A stretch of DNA of 55,225 bases from Patescibacteria group bacterium. GTDB taxonomy: Bacteria; Patescibacteriota; Gracilibacteria; UBA1369; PNNO01. The position numbers were made by a program, and so were the translations under genes. Location of the stretch: contig JBHPIO010000009.1 in assembly GCA_042568575.1 (NCBI GenBank), forward strand, positions 1 to 55,225, in the 5' to 3' direction. This document shows, one piece after another, positions 19,801 to 27,975 of the stretch (position 1 is its first letter; the number at the start of each line of letters is the position of its first letter). The notes beneath the pieces are model-generated. The model had not been told where the DNA came from. It did not search any database and worked only from the letters and a program-made list of their open reading frames with translations.

Positions 19801-20614
19801 GGTAATTTGATTCAAGTTCTGTGCCTGAATCTATATTAATTCTCGATGTTGCATCATATATATATGTAGAATTTCCAACATCAAGTCGTCCACTAGAAAT
19901 GTCAACTATAGATCCATCTTCTACATATAATTTATTTGCATAATTGTAATTGTAATTATCCCACATATCTAAATCTGAATCGTTAGTGATATCGATGTCA
20001 CCACTAATGCTGAAGTAGTGATCAACCCCAGAGTATGTGTTGCTTCTTGTAAACACCCATCCACCATTCATAATTTTAAGGTCGTGATAAGTGCTTCCGG
20101 TGGTTCTAAGTAAAGCGTCTTTTCCATTAGATCCATTTGTATAGCCGATATAAATGCGTGCACCAGAACCAGTAACAGTGATGTCTCCATCATCTGCGGT
20201 TAATGTTGTTGAACTTGAAGTTCCTCCAACAACCAAGTATCCGCTAACCAAAATATAGTCGTATGTGTATGAACCATTTTGGACATAACAGGTTTGACCA
20301 TAAGGCACCCAAAGTGCTCCAGAAAGTGTTGTTGTGTCACAGCCTCCGGAAAGGCCACGTGTTGCAGCTCCACCGCCACCGCCACCAATAGATGCAGCGC
20401 TTAAACTTGTCTTTTCTTCTCCTGTTCCTTCACCATAAATGATCGCTTCTTCCTCAGGAGTAAGGATAGGACCGTCTGAAATATGTTCGTCGTTTGACAG
20501 GATTTCTGTCTCTGTTGGCTCGCTTTCTGCTTCTGCTTCGAGCGGATTTGCCAAAGCCGCCTGGCTAAATACTAAAATGAGTATCAGCCCAGAAATGATA
20601 GAGAGTTTCTTCAT
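16874..20614 (-). CDS. Large secreted beta-solenoid / adhesin-like protein
   Basis: Signal peptide (..QAALA), Asn/Gly/Asp/Thr-rich imperfect repeats (IDNDG, GGELYN), 1246 aa. Confidence 0.7.
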   Translation of the reverse strand: MKKLSIISGLILILVFSQAALANPLEAEAESEPTETEILSNDEHISDGPILTPEEEAIIYGEGTGEEKTSLSAASIGGGGGGAATRGLSGGCDTTTLSGALWVPYGQTCYVQNGSYTYDYILVSGYLVVGGTSSSTTLTADDGDITVTGSGARIYIGYTNGSNGKDALLRTTGSTYHDLKIMNGGWVFTRSNTYSGVDHYFSISGDIDITNDSDLDMWDNYNYNYANKLYVEDGSIVDISSGRLDVGNSTYIYDATSRINIDSGTELESNYLYMGQSDGSPVGGILNVDGTLDVIYNTHLYDSADLYCDGACASRLWQINDDAQVTNTGTFYQDNASYDLSMQDDSSLTNSGTVYVYGSLLMDDVGSGDSPTLSNTGLLDVNDDITMTDSSHITNGTVLANGTIDVKDDILMENNSQITNYYWIRQGYNGNVDATSTHLKMEDSALFHNADTTSYYYNYDSGSSTYGWAELFDSSEFRNQGNTDLHRLHVGNSVSDISGGTFNNEISGDLDVNQTGTSFNAILLYEGTINNKSGADDFDIDGQIQIEGTATEDGTLINSDNLARASNLYIIDHGILDNNAATFYVDGNGTAANGDITMNDESFIDNDGTLTVSDDLVMYTDAYIDNDGNFEGADVLVMNYGSFIDNHGGLMSFDTSATIYEGSFIENWSGADFETTTLYIGTSSSDPGTFANYGNLDSSTIYLYEDSGVGEEDDQYELLNYSLGYLEGNINIGDATNDGGELYNTAGDGILDGADPADEGIIGDISIYNGGNLYNGANRTGTLANANAEVNWQTTPASDIIIYPGGTVDNYALVGGDEIKDQNGTGTSLFQNHDDGEVESSFIKFQYFGEFNNGSSSETNATVDVDEIILTRYSVYNNYGESTTDELQMGLASQTGGQLDNEEDGNFYVTDTTSGAALIRDGGDINILSGSDAFEVAGQINIYAISTQATLNTSSGAGFTKFGNVTVGQLGLISIASAVEVDDSGGEDANLYIYGDATNEGKIEIVDGVSPTARLLVDGLTTIGDYGHLENNSTYSLTGSALGAFESRDLVTVNATGEISSDADSNFSFLEGIISNGTVDISDDLRTWDNSTSGYSIEVTGGTFTMGSSGATTAEDIMISGDGEMNNSNDTTFDEMFVYNDGEMHNYADIDGVWISVGDAESTAAGGELYNHGAIIDATINLSNSDEEAFKIYRGYTNNASGAEITVGSGDGGITIDGITTDHGIMDDYGTTDANINVGTYGEYNT

Positions 20615-20736
20615 TTTTGGATTTGTTAAAATGCTACCATGAGTATTTATATCATAATTTGTTTTAAAATCTTATTGCTTGAAAGTCAAAATGTTTACTG
20701 TCTTGAAAGCTAAAAAAAAATGACAAAGGCATGTTC

Positions 20737-20834
20737 ATTCTTTAACATCTGCCCGACTTTTATCAAGAATAGATAGAAATTCTGAAACGAAAAGTTGCGC
20801 TTGTTACGATCGTTGACAAAATGAACTACTTGAA
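20737..20834 (+). promoter_or_regulatory. Leader of GC-rich unit A: boxA-like motifs and 5' arm of long-range stem
   Basis: ATTCTTTAACA (20737-20747), GATCGTTGACA (20808-20818), then GAACTACTTGAA (20823-20834), complementary to 22000-22011. Confidence 0.55.
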
Positions 20835-20964
20835 ATAAACAACAACCATCCAATAAGGAGGTGAAACATGGACGGATGATTCAAAGTTGCAGAGCAATGA
20901 GTTTGGCAATGTACATGCATTTCGTTGAGCCATGGTGGCTTGGCGAAAAAGGAGAAAACGAAGA

Positions 20965-22008
20965 ATGTTACGTAAGACAACACTTATGGTGGCCGTGATC
21001 GGCCTATTTCTATTTGCCGGCACGGCGAAGGCGGATTTTCCGCCCGCACAGGGTCAAGCTGAAGATGTCGTGCTTTACGACTTTGGCTTGCAAATGCCCG
21101 AGAGCGTGACCACGGACTACTATGGCAACGTGTACGTGGGCCTGTTTATGTCAGGCATGTACGGCGAGATCATGGTGGTGGATCCGGATACGGGCACTTC
21201 ACAGGTTTATGAGCAATTCGACCTTGCTCTTCAGATGTGCGCGCCTGGTCAGGCTGCCGGAGTCGCAGGGATTTGGATTCATCCGTTTACACGGACGATG
21301 TATGCCAACGTGAACACATGCGATCCTGCGACCAAGGGAGTCTACAAGATCCCGAACGACGGAAGCGCACCAGTGTTGCTTTCGACGGCGCCGGTTCCCG
21401 CACTGTTCAACGGCATCGTGAAACGCGGCAACATGCTCTACAGTACGGACTCTTTCTCGATGACTGGAGCCGTGTATGCGACGCCCGTCGATGGGTTCGG
21501 CGCTCCCGCGGAAGTACTCGTAGAGCACCCGCTCATCGCGTTTGACCCGACGATTCTGCCTCCACCTGGTATTCCCTTTATGCCGGGAGCAAACGGCATC
21601 CAGAAGTACCATGGCGATTTGTACATCGGGCATTCCGGGAAGAACATCATCATCAAGGTTCCGCTTTCGGGATACTGCACAGGAATCACGGTTGGCGAGC
21701 CGGTTTGGCACGTGGACGCCCATGGCGTGGACGACTTCGCATTCGACTGGCGCGGCAACATCTATTTCACCAACGATCCCTTCAACGAGTTGATCAAAGT
21801 GACGCCGAACAACGTGTCCACGTTGCTCCTCGATGAGAATGATGGCATTAATGGCTCCACGGCGGCAGCGTTCGGTCGGCTTTGGGACAGAGAAGTTCTG
21901 TTCTTTACCAACGCGGCCTTCCCGTTCATGCCGCCGCCCTACAACAACGGCCAACCGCCGAGTCTGATGGCGTACGGCAACGATATAGGAGGTTATTGGT
22001 TCAGGTAG
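20965..22008 (+). CDS. Secreted SMP-30/gluconolactonase-like beta-propeller protein (GC-rich)
   Basis: Signal peptide (..GTAKA); PESV...GNVYV, FNGIV, GANGIQ, GVDDFAFD..GNIY, TAAAFG blades; SD AAGGAG upstream of ATG 20965. Confidence 0.75.
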   Translation: MLRKTTLMVAVIGLFLFAGTAKADFPPAQGQAEDVVLYDFGLQMPESVTTDYYGNVYVGLFMSGMYGEIMVVDPDTGTSQVYEQFDLALQMCAPGQAAGVAGIWIHPFTRTMYANVNTCDPATKGVYKIPNDGSAPVLLSTAPVPALFNGIVKRGNMLYSTDSFSMTGAVYATPVDGFGAPAEVLVEHPLIAFDPTILPPPGIPFMPGANGIQKYHGDLYIGHSGKNIIIKVPLSGYCTGITVGEPVWHVDAHGVDDFAFDWRGNIYFTNDPFNELIKVTPNNVSTLLLDENDGINGSTAAAFGRLWDREVLFFTNAAFPFMPPPYNNGQPPSLMAYGNDIGGYWFR

Positions 22009-22027
22009 TTCGAGTCCGAAGCAAGCA

Positions 22028-22141
22028 GCTTCCCTCTAGTTTGATCTTTGCACTTTAGGATCCTCGAGGATCTTAGGGTGATAAAGTCCTGGCCGGAAGC
22101 AGTCGTGCTGCGCATTTCATGTGTAGCACGACGTTATTTTT
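22028..22141 (+). terminator. Long 3' hairpin followed by intrinsic terminator
   Basis: GCTTCC/GGAAGC enclosing CACTTTAGGATCCT/AGGATCTTAGGGTG; then GTCGTGCTGCGCAT/ATGTGTAGCACGAC plus T-rich tail. Confidence 0.65.
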
Positions 22142-22152
22142 AAACGATTTAT

Positions 22153-23997
22153 CTATCGTGAAACAGTAAAGTAAGTAGGATCTTCGCCATGCAAGATTTG
22201 ACCTTTATAATAGGCATAATTCGCATCTTTTGCGTATAAGCCAGAAATGTATTCAAAGGACGCACTGTCCGCTTCTTCAATTATCACTTCATCATAATAG
22301 GCGTGATCTTTGTCTTTCGCATAATGGTTTATGTATTCCACAAATGAACCTGCGTCGAATTGTTCGGCGATTATGTGATTTTCATAGTTTTTATAAACAT
22401 GATCTTTGTCACGAGAATAATAACTTCCAAGATACTCAAATGTTTCTGGGTCGACTCCTTCAATTATGACGTCATCTTTCATCATTACTAAGCCATTATA
22501 AACATGATCTTTATCTTTATAGTAATATTTGCCAATCAATTCAAACGTTGCTATATCAACATCATCTATTATGCCTCCATGTAGATAAGCATGATTTTTG
22601 TCCCTGGCAAAACCATATTCAAGGTACATGAAACTTCCTAAATCAACATCTTCTATAGGGAAGGCTTCATAAAAAATACTGTTTGCATCTCTAGAGTATC
22701 CAAAACCAAGCACTTCAAAAGTATTTGGGTCAGCGCCAGCAATAAACACGTTTCCAAAATAGACATAGTTGTTATCTTTTGAGTAATGCCAAACTCCGTA
22801 TGTATCAACCACTTCGTAAGAATCCGGATCAGCTTCCTCCATTACTTCTCCCCACATAAATATATGATCTTTATCTTTCGCATATCTAATATAGGTATCC
22901 GATAATGCCTCGAAAGTTTCTGGATCTGCTTCTTCTATTACTGATGCCATTTTTTCAATCATCAGAACATTGTCTTTGTCTGCCACATAAGCTTCTGGAT
23001 AATAAGGAGGAGATGAATGATAAAGAACCTCGAAAGTGATCGGGTCTAGACCATATTCGTCGGTAAGATTGAAATAATCAGTTTCATACGCTTCTCGTTG
23101 AGCTTGGTAAACAGAATTTTTGTCTTTAAAAAACATGCCTTCTACATGCTCAAAAGTAGCTGCATCCACTTCTTCAGCAATTCCAGAAAATGGGTGATAA
23201 ACAGTGTCAGCATCTTTTACAAAAGGATCGCCAAGAACCTCAACGGTTGCAGGATCGATTTCTGGGAGAATAGCTCCGGTTACATTAAACACAGAATTTT
23301 TATCCTTTAAATAAAAGTTTTTCACATACTCAAGTGTATCAAGATCCATTTCGCTTCCAGAAGCAGCAATGCTTTGTTTTACATAATTGTATGTGAACGA
23401 TCTATAAAGAACCTCGGCAACGTATCCACGTGAAGTTGAAGTTCCGTAATCTGTTTCGTTAACAATATTATGCTGTCTTCCGTAGTTCATTGAAGGTCCA
23501 TACCAAGTTGAGTCTTCTTCTGTTTCCCATTCATAAATTCTTGAAAGAACGGTCGAAAGTTCACCTAATTTGATTGGCTCAGCCGGTCCGTAATTTCCTA
23601 CTAATTCTCCATCAGCATATCCACTTACGTAACCTTTCTCTTTTGCCCAACACACGTATGGTGCAAACCATTCGTCTGTTACATCAGGGAAACAATCGTG
23701 GTATTTCGATGATGCAAGATCTCTTTCATTAGAAGCAATTCTAAACATTAAAGTTGCAAACTCAGCTCTGTTAAGTTCATCGTCTGGGCGGTATGTCATC
23801 GAAAAATTGCCGTCTTCGTCTTTTTGATCCATGTCACCAAAAACAACTTCATGTGTTCGAAAATAGTCGATAGCAGTGAAATATTCGTGATCTTTCGGCA
23901 CGTCTTCGAATTTCCATCCACCACCTCCGGCGAGGGCTGCTTGTGGAATTAAGAGTAAAAGTGTGCTTGCAATTAATAAGCGGCTCAAAAATTTCAT
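22153..23997 (-). CDS. SLH-domain surface protein with DKNYY repeats
   Basis: Signal peptide; FEDVP, LNRAEF, FPDV..WFAPYV SLH motifs; many YxKDKxxVY / ADPxTFE repeats. Confidence 0.85.
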   Translation of the reverse strand: MKFLSRLLIASTLLLLIPQAALAGGGGWKFEDVPKDHEYFTAIDYFRTHEVVFGDMDQKDEDGNFSMTYRPDDELNRAEFATLMFRIASNERDLASSKYHDCFPDVTDEWFAPYVCWAKEKGYVSGYADGELVGNYGPAEPIKLGELSTVLSRIYEWETEEDSTWYGPSMNYGRQHNIVNETDYGTSTSRGYVAEVLYRSFTYNYVKQSIAASGSEMDLDTLEYVKNFYLKDKNSVFNVTGAILPEIDPATVEVLGDPFVKDADTVYHPFSGIAEEVDAATFEHVEGMFFKDKNSVYQAQREAYETDYFNLTDEYGLDPITFEVLYHSSPPYYPEAYVADKDNVLMIEKMASVIEEADPETFEALSDTYIRYAKDKDHIFMWGEVMEEADPDSYEVVDTYGVWHYSKDNNYVYFGNVFIAGADPNTFEVLGFGYSRDANSIFYEAFPIEDVDLGSFMYLEYGFARDKNHAYLHGGIIDDVDIATFELIGKYYYKDKDHVYNGLVMMKDDVIIEGVDPETFEYLGSYYSRDKDHVYKNYENHIIAEQFDAGSFVEYINHYAKDKDHAYYDEVIIEEADSASFEYISGLYAKDANYAYYKGQILHGEDPTYFTVSR

Positions 23998-24072
23998 AGT
24001 TTGAAAGTGAATTATATAGTGATCAGATTATAACATGAGTTAAATTTGTAACTATGGGGGAGCCAATTTTGA

Positions 24073-24196
24073 TTGACATTTGCCCGTATTCTGTCGTACG
24101 TTATGACCTCATGCATTGATTTAGCATGAGTTGTACTTTGACAACGCAAGCACCCGCTTTGGCGGGTATGCTTGTCAACGTGGATTTCAAAGTTTT
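24073..24196 (+). promoter_or_regulatory. Promoter and structured leader of GC-rich unit B
   Basis: TTGACA (24073-24078); hairpin CTCATGC/GCATGAG; boxA-like GTACTTTGACAA (24133-24144); hairpin GCAAGCACCCGC/GCGGGTATGCTTGT; 24179-24196 complementary to 27640-27658. Confidence 0.6.
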
Positions 24197-24318
24197 TTAC
24201 ATAATGTGTGATTTTTAAACCCGAGGATTCTGAAGGATTAGAAAGGAGTTTGGGAAAGGCTAGGTAGAGGAAAGAAGAGGATTCTGAACACAAACCCGAA
24301 CTGGAGAGGAAGTGACAC

Positions 24319-26301
24319 GTGCAGTTTGATCGAGACATTGGAATTATTGGTGCTGGCGTTATCGGACATGGCTTGGCCTACCCGATTGCGACGGCTATTG
24401 CGATGAGTGGTGGCAAGGTCATCATTCATGACACCAACCCGGAAGCGCTCGAGCGCGGCATCTCCGGCGCCCTGGGCTATGCGGCCAAGGGCTTGATGCG
24501 AGGCAAGATCTCGAAGAGGACGGCCGACGCCATCAAGCAGGCGATCGTGCCTGCGAAGAGCCTCGAGGACTTCCGCAGCTGTGGTTTGGTCATCGAGGCC
24601 GCCGTGGAGGATCTGAATATCAAAAAACAGATCCTGGCGGGCGTTGAGGAGGTAGTTACGCCGGATTGCCTGATCGGCTTTACGACTTCGGGCCTGTGTC
24701 GGAGCTGGATCGTCGAGGGGGCGAAGCATCCCGACCGGGGATGCGTCATCCACCCCTTCTTCCCGGCCTGGCGGAGCCCGCCGATCGAGGTCGTGGGCGT
24801 GGGCAAGTACTTCAAGCAGATGTACGATCTCATGATCCACCTGGGCAAAGTGCCCATCAAGGTCGCAGACGTTCCCTGTTTCGCGGCGGACCTCATCTTC
24901 TGCTCGTACGAGGCCGAAGCCATTCGGCTCGAGCAGGACGGAGTTGCGACGCGCTATCAGGTGGACCTCATCGCCAACAAGCACATCGGCGGTGGCGGGC
25001 CCTACCTGGTGCACGACCTGACCGGGGGCAACCCGCTCACCATCCACTGCCTGGAGCTCCTGCAGGAGCATCATCAGAGCGAGTGGTTCCAGACGCCCCA
25101 GCTCCTCATCGACCAAGGCACGGAGAAGTGGCTCGAGCATCAGCCTGATCCCGAAAAGGACGCCTACGACGCGGCCACGGAGAAGGCCGTCATGGACCGG
25201 CTACATGCGGTCCTGCTCGGCACCACCTTCCATGCTCTGGACAACGAGCTGTGCGCGCCCGGTGATCTCGACTGGCTCACCAGGATGGCCCTCGGTTTCA
25301 AGACCGGGCTTCTGGAGATGGGCAACAATATGGGTATGGGGCAGGTTCGAGACCTGTGTCAGGCCTACGCCAAGGACAACCCGGGTTTCCCCACGTCGAA
25401 GACGATCGATGGTGGCACGAGCTACCACTTCTTCAAGGACACGACCTGGGAAGTTTCGGAAGACAACGGTATCGCCGTGGTCACTGTTCGCCGTCCGGAG
25501 GCTGCCAACGCTCTGCGGAAGAACGTCATCCAGGAGCTGGATGCGATCTTCTTGGAGCTCGCGGCGGACGATGCCGTCAAGGGCATCATCTTCACCGGCT
25601 TCGGTGGCATGATCGCTGGGGCGGACATCATGGAGCTTGCCTCCCTGAAGACGCCCGCGGAGTGTGCCGAGTTCCCGAGGGAGGGGCAAATGCTCACCCT
25701 CGCCATGGAACAACTGAACAAGCCGATCGTGGCTGTGATCGACGGTGTCGCCTTTGGTGGTGGCGCTGAGATGGCCATGGCCTGCTGGGCACGAGTTCTC
25801 GGTCCCAAAGCTCTCATCGGACAACCCGAGGTGAAGCTCGGAATCGTTCCGGGCTATGGCGGGACCCAACGTCTGCCACGCCTGGTCGGTATGGAGCGCT
25901 CTCTCGAGATGCTTCGTCTCGGCAATCCCATCAAGGCAACGACTGCCGTCGAGTGGGGCTGGGCGAGCAAGTGCTCGCCCGATCCCATGAGGGAGGCCGA
26001 GTTGATGATCCGAAATCACTGTGATCCGGACAACGACTTCGTCCTCGAACCGCTATCCCACGATCCCATGAAGCAAGTTCCGATCGAGATCCCTGAGCTC
26101 GACATCGGGCATCTGAGCCTGGTGATCGATCGCATCCTGTTGGACACGGTGTTCGAAGGATTGGGGTTGACCATGGAGCATGGTCTCGAGTTTGAAGCCA
26201 ACGCCTGCGGCCGGTGCAAGGAAACCCAGGACATGGGTATCGGCATGGCCAACTTCATCCAGAACAAGGGCAAGGCGCCTGCCGTGTTCGTCAACAAATA
26301 G
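24319..26301 (+). CDS. 3-hydroxyacyl-CoA dehydrogenase / enoyl-CoA hydratase fusion (GC-rich)
   Basis: GIIGAGVIG Rossmann, VIEAAVEDL, HPFFP....IEVV; C-terminal crotonase GGGAE...GQPEVKLGIVPGYGGTQRLPRLVG; GTG start after GGAGAGGA. Confidence 0.9.
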   Translation: MQFDRDIGIIGAGVIGHGLAYPIATAIAMSGGKVIIHDTNPEALERGISGALGYAAKGLMRGKISKRTADAIKQAIVPAKSLEDFRSCGLVIEAAVEDLNIKKQILAGVEEVVTPDCLIGFTTSGLCRSWIVEGAKHPDRGCVIHPFFPAWRSPPIEVVGVGKYFKQMYDLMIHLGKVPIKVADVPCFAADLIFCSYEAEAIRLEQDGVATRYQVDLIANKHIGGGGPYLVHDLTGGNPLTIHCLELLQEHHQSEWFQTPQLLIDQGTEKWLEHQPDPEKDAYDAATEKAVMDRLHAVLLGTTFHALDNELCAPGDLDWLTRMALGFKTGLLEMGNNMGMGQVRDLCQAYAKDNPGFPTSKTIDGGTSYHFFKDTTWEVSEDNGIAVVTVRRPEAANALRKNVIQELDAIFLELAADDAVKGIIFTGFGGMIAGADIMELASLKTPAECAEFPREGQMLTLAMEQLNKPIVAVIDGVAFGGGAEMAMACWARVLGPKALIGQPEVKLGIVPGYGGTQRLPRLVGMERSLEMLRLGNPIKATTAVEWGWASKCSPDPMREAELMIRNHCDPDNDFVLEPLSHDPMKQVPIEIPELDIGHLSLVIDRILLDTVFEGLGLTMEHGLEFEANACGRCKETQDMGIGMANFIQNKGKAPAVFVNK

Positions 26302-26315
26302 ACAAGGGGGACATC

Positions 26316-27611
26316 ATGGAGAGACTACAGAAGCTCCTTCAAGAAGATCCGATCGTCATCGTCGGCGAACCCAAGCGCCTTCCGCGCGCCGACATCCTCG
26401 AGAACAACAAGGCCCCCGGCCTGTTCTCACACTTCACCACCAACCAGCTCGGTGGACTCGCACTCGCGGCCACTCTCAAGGCCACTCCTCAGATCGAGCC
26501 ATCCATGCTCGGCCATGTGGTGATGGGGAGAGCGGATCATGCCCACCGGGACTGCATCTACGGCGCCCGTGGCATGGCCCTGGAAGCCGGCATTCCGCAT
26601 GACGTGCCCGCTTGCACCGTGCAGCGCATCTGTGCAAGCGGTGTTCAAGGCATCATTACGGCTACAACCCAGGTGGTTGTTGGCGACCATCTTCCGGGAC
26701 GACCATATGTCGCGGCTGGCGGAGCCGAGTCCATGCAGTATCCGCACAAGCTGCCTGGTATGCGCGGACGCAAAGTGGGTGGTGCCACCGTCAAGTTCGG
26801 CCCGATTGACGCGAGCAAGCTCCCCAAGGGGACGTATCTCCAGGACGCGATGTTCATGGGGCTCTTCGATCCTCGCGCCGGCATGGCCATGGCCAACACG
26901 GCCGAAGAGCTGGCTCGCCGGTTCAACATCACACGGGAGCAGGCGGACGTGTTCGCCCATCGCTCTCACAAGCTGGCCATCACTGCCCGTGACAACGGAT
27001 ATTTCGACGACGAAATCGAGCCGGTCACCAACCTGCACGGCGACATCGTCGAGAACGACACTCACATCCTAGATGACATCTCCATGGGTGGGCTGGCCGG
27101 TCTACGCGTGGCCTTCGAAGAGGGCGGTATCATTACTCCCGGCAACGCCTCCGCAGTCGTGGACGGTGCGGCAGCAATGATCATGTGCCCGCTGTCCGCC
27201 GCCGACGAAGTCGGCGCCAAACCCATCGCTCGCATCGTGAGCTGGGGTATCGCCGGCTGTGATCCCAAGATAATGGGCTGGGGTCCGGTTCCCTCCACGC
27301 GCTTCGCGTTGGAAAACGCCGGACTCAAGGGCAACGACATCAGCACGGTGGAGCTCAACGAAGCCTTTGCACCGCAGGCCCTCGCCTGCATCATGGACTT
27401 CGAGAAGGAGTTCGGCATCGATCCCGAGAAGGTCAACCCGATGGGCAACGCTATCGCCATGGGCCATCCCCTCGGCGCCACCGGTGCCATCCTCACCGTC
27501 ACTGCCGCCCACCGCATGCGCAGACTCAATCAGCGCTACGGCCTCATCACCATGTGCGTCGGAGGAGGACAAGGTGTCTCGCTCATCATCGAGAACGCCG
27601 AGTTCATGTAG
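26316..27611 (+). CDS. Thiolase (acetyl-CoA C-acyltransferase) (GC-rich)
   Basis: RICASG, NEAFA, GHPLGATG, TMCVGGGQG; start set at ATG 26316 after AAGGGGG. Confidence 0.92.
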   Translation: MERLQKLLQEDPIVIVGEPKRLPRADILENNKAPGLFSHFTTNQLGGLALAATLKATPQIEPSMLGHVVMGRADHAHRDCIYGARGMALEAGIPHDVPACTVQRICASGVQGIITATTQVVVGDHLPGRPYVAAGGAESMQYPHKLPGMRGRKVGGATVKFGPIDASKLPKGTYLQDAMFMGLFDPRAGMAMANTAEELARRFNITREQADVFAHRSHKLAITARDNGYFDDEIEPVTNLHGDIVENDTHILDDISMGGLAGLRVAFEEGGIITPGNASAVVDGAAAMIMCPLSAADEVGAKPIARIVSWGIAGCDPKIMGWGPVPSTRFALENAGLKGNDISTVELNEAFAPQALACIMDFEKEFGIDPEKVNPMGNAIAMGHPLGATGAILTVTAAHRMRRLNQRYGLITMCVGGGQGVSLIIENAEFM

Positions 27612-27639
27612 GCGCATAAGCGCGCCGGGCTTCCCCCTC

Positions 27640-27778
27640 AAAACTTTGAACATCCACGGACATCAAAACGTGATTGATTACGTTTTCCACACCGCACTTC
27701 TAGAGACGTTCGTGGATGAACGCAGTTACACACACCTTTTAGGAGGCCTGGCGCACTGATTTTGCGCGAGGCCTCTTT
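27640..27778 (+). terminator. Structured trailer and terminator of unit B
   Basis: 27640-27658 pairs with the leader; local stems 27651-27661/27708-27718 and 27665-27674/27677-27686; terminal hairpin GAGGCCT..AGGCCTC-TTT (27743-27778). Confidence 0.6.
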
Positions 27779-27793
27779 CCCCTATCCAAAATT

Positions 27794-27837
27794 CCTCCCG
27801 GGAGGAGCTTGACAAATCCCTGCAATATGCGTAAATT
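27794..27837 (+). promoter_or_regulatory. Palindrome CCTCCCGGGAGG next to a sigma70 promoter
   Basis: CCTCCCGGGAGGAGCTTGAC (27794-27813) is identical to 53902-53921; TTGACA-17-TAAATT. Confidence 0.65.
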
Positions 27838-27975
27838 CTATATCCATGGCGTTGCGGGCATTTAGATTTGCTCAAGGTGTTCCGTAATGTCTGAAAATTG
27901 ACATTACGTTTTCGCTTTTAAACGCTAAACAACAAACGGGGCTTTAGTCCCTACAGATATGAAGGAGAACTTTCA

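Noticed and set aside
24012-24338. 108-aa minus-strand ORF in the unit B leader
   Set aside because: Non-coding-like composition; it coincides with the promoter and RNA structures of the opposite strand.
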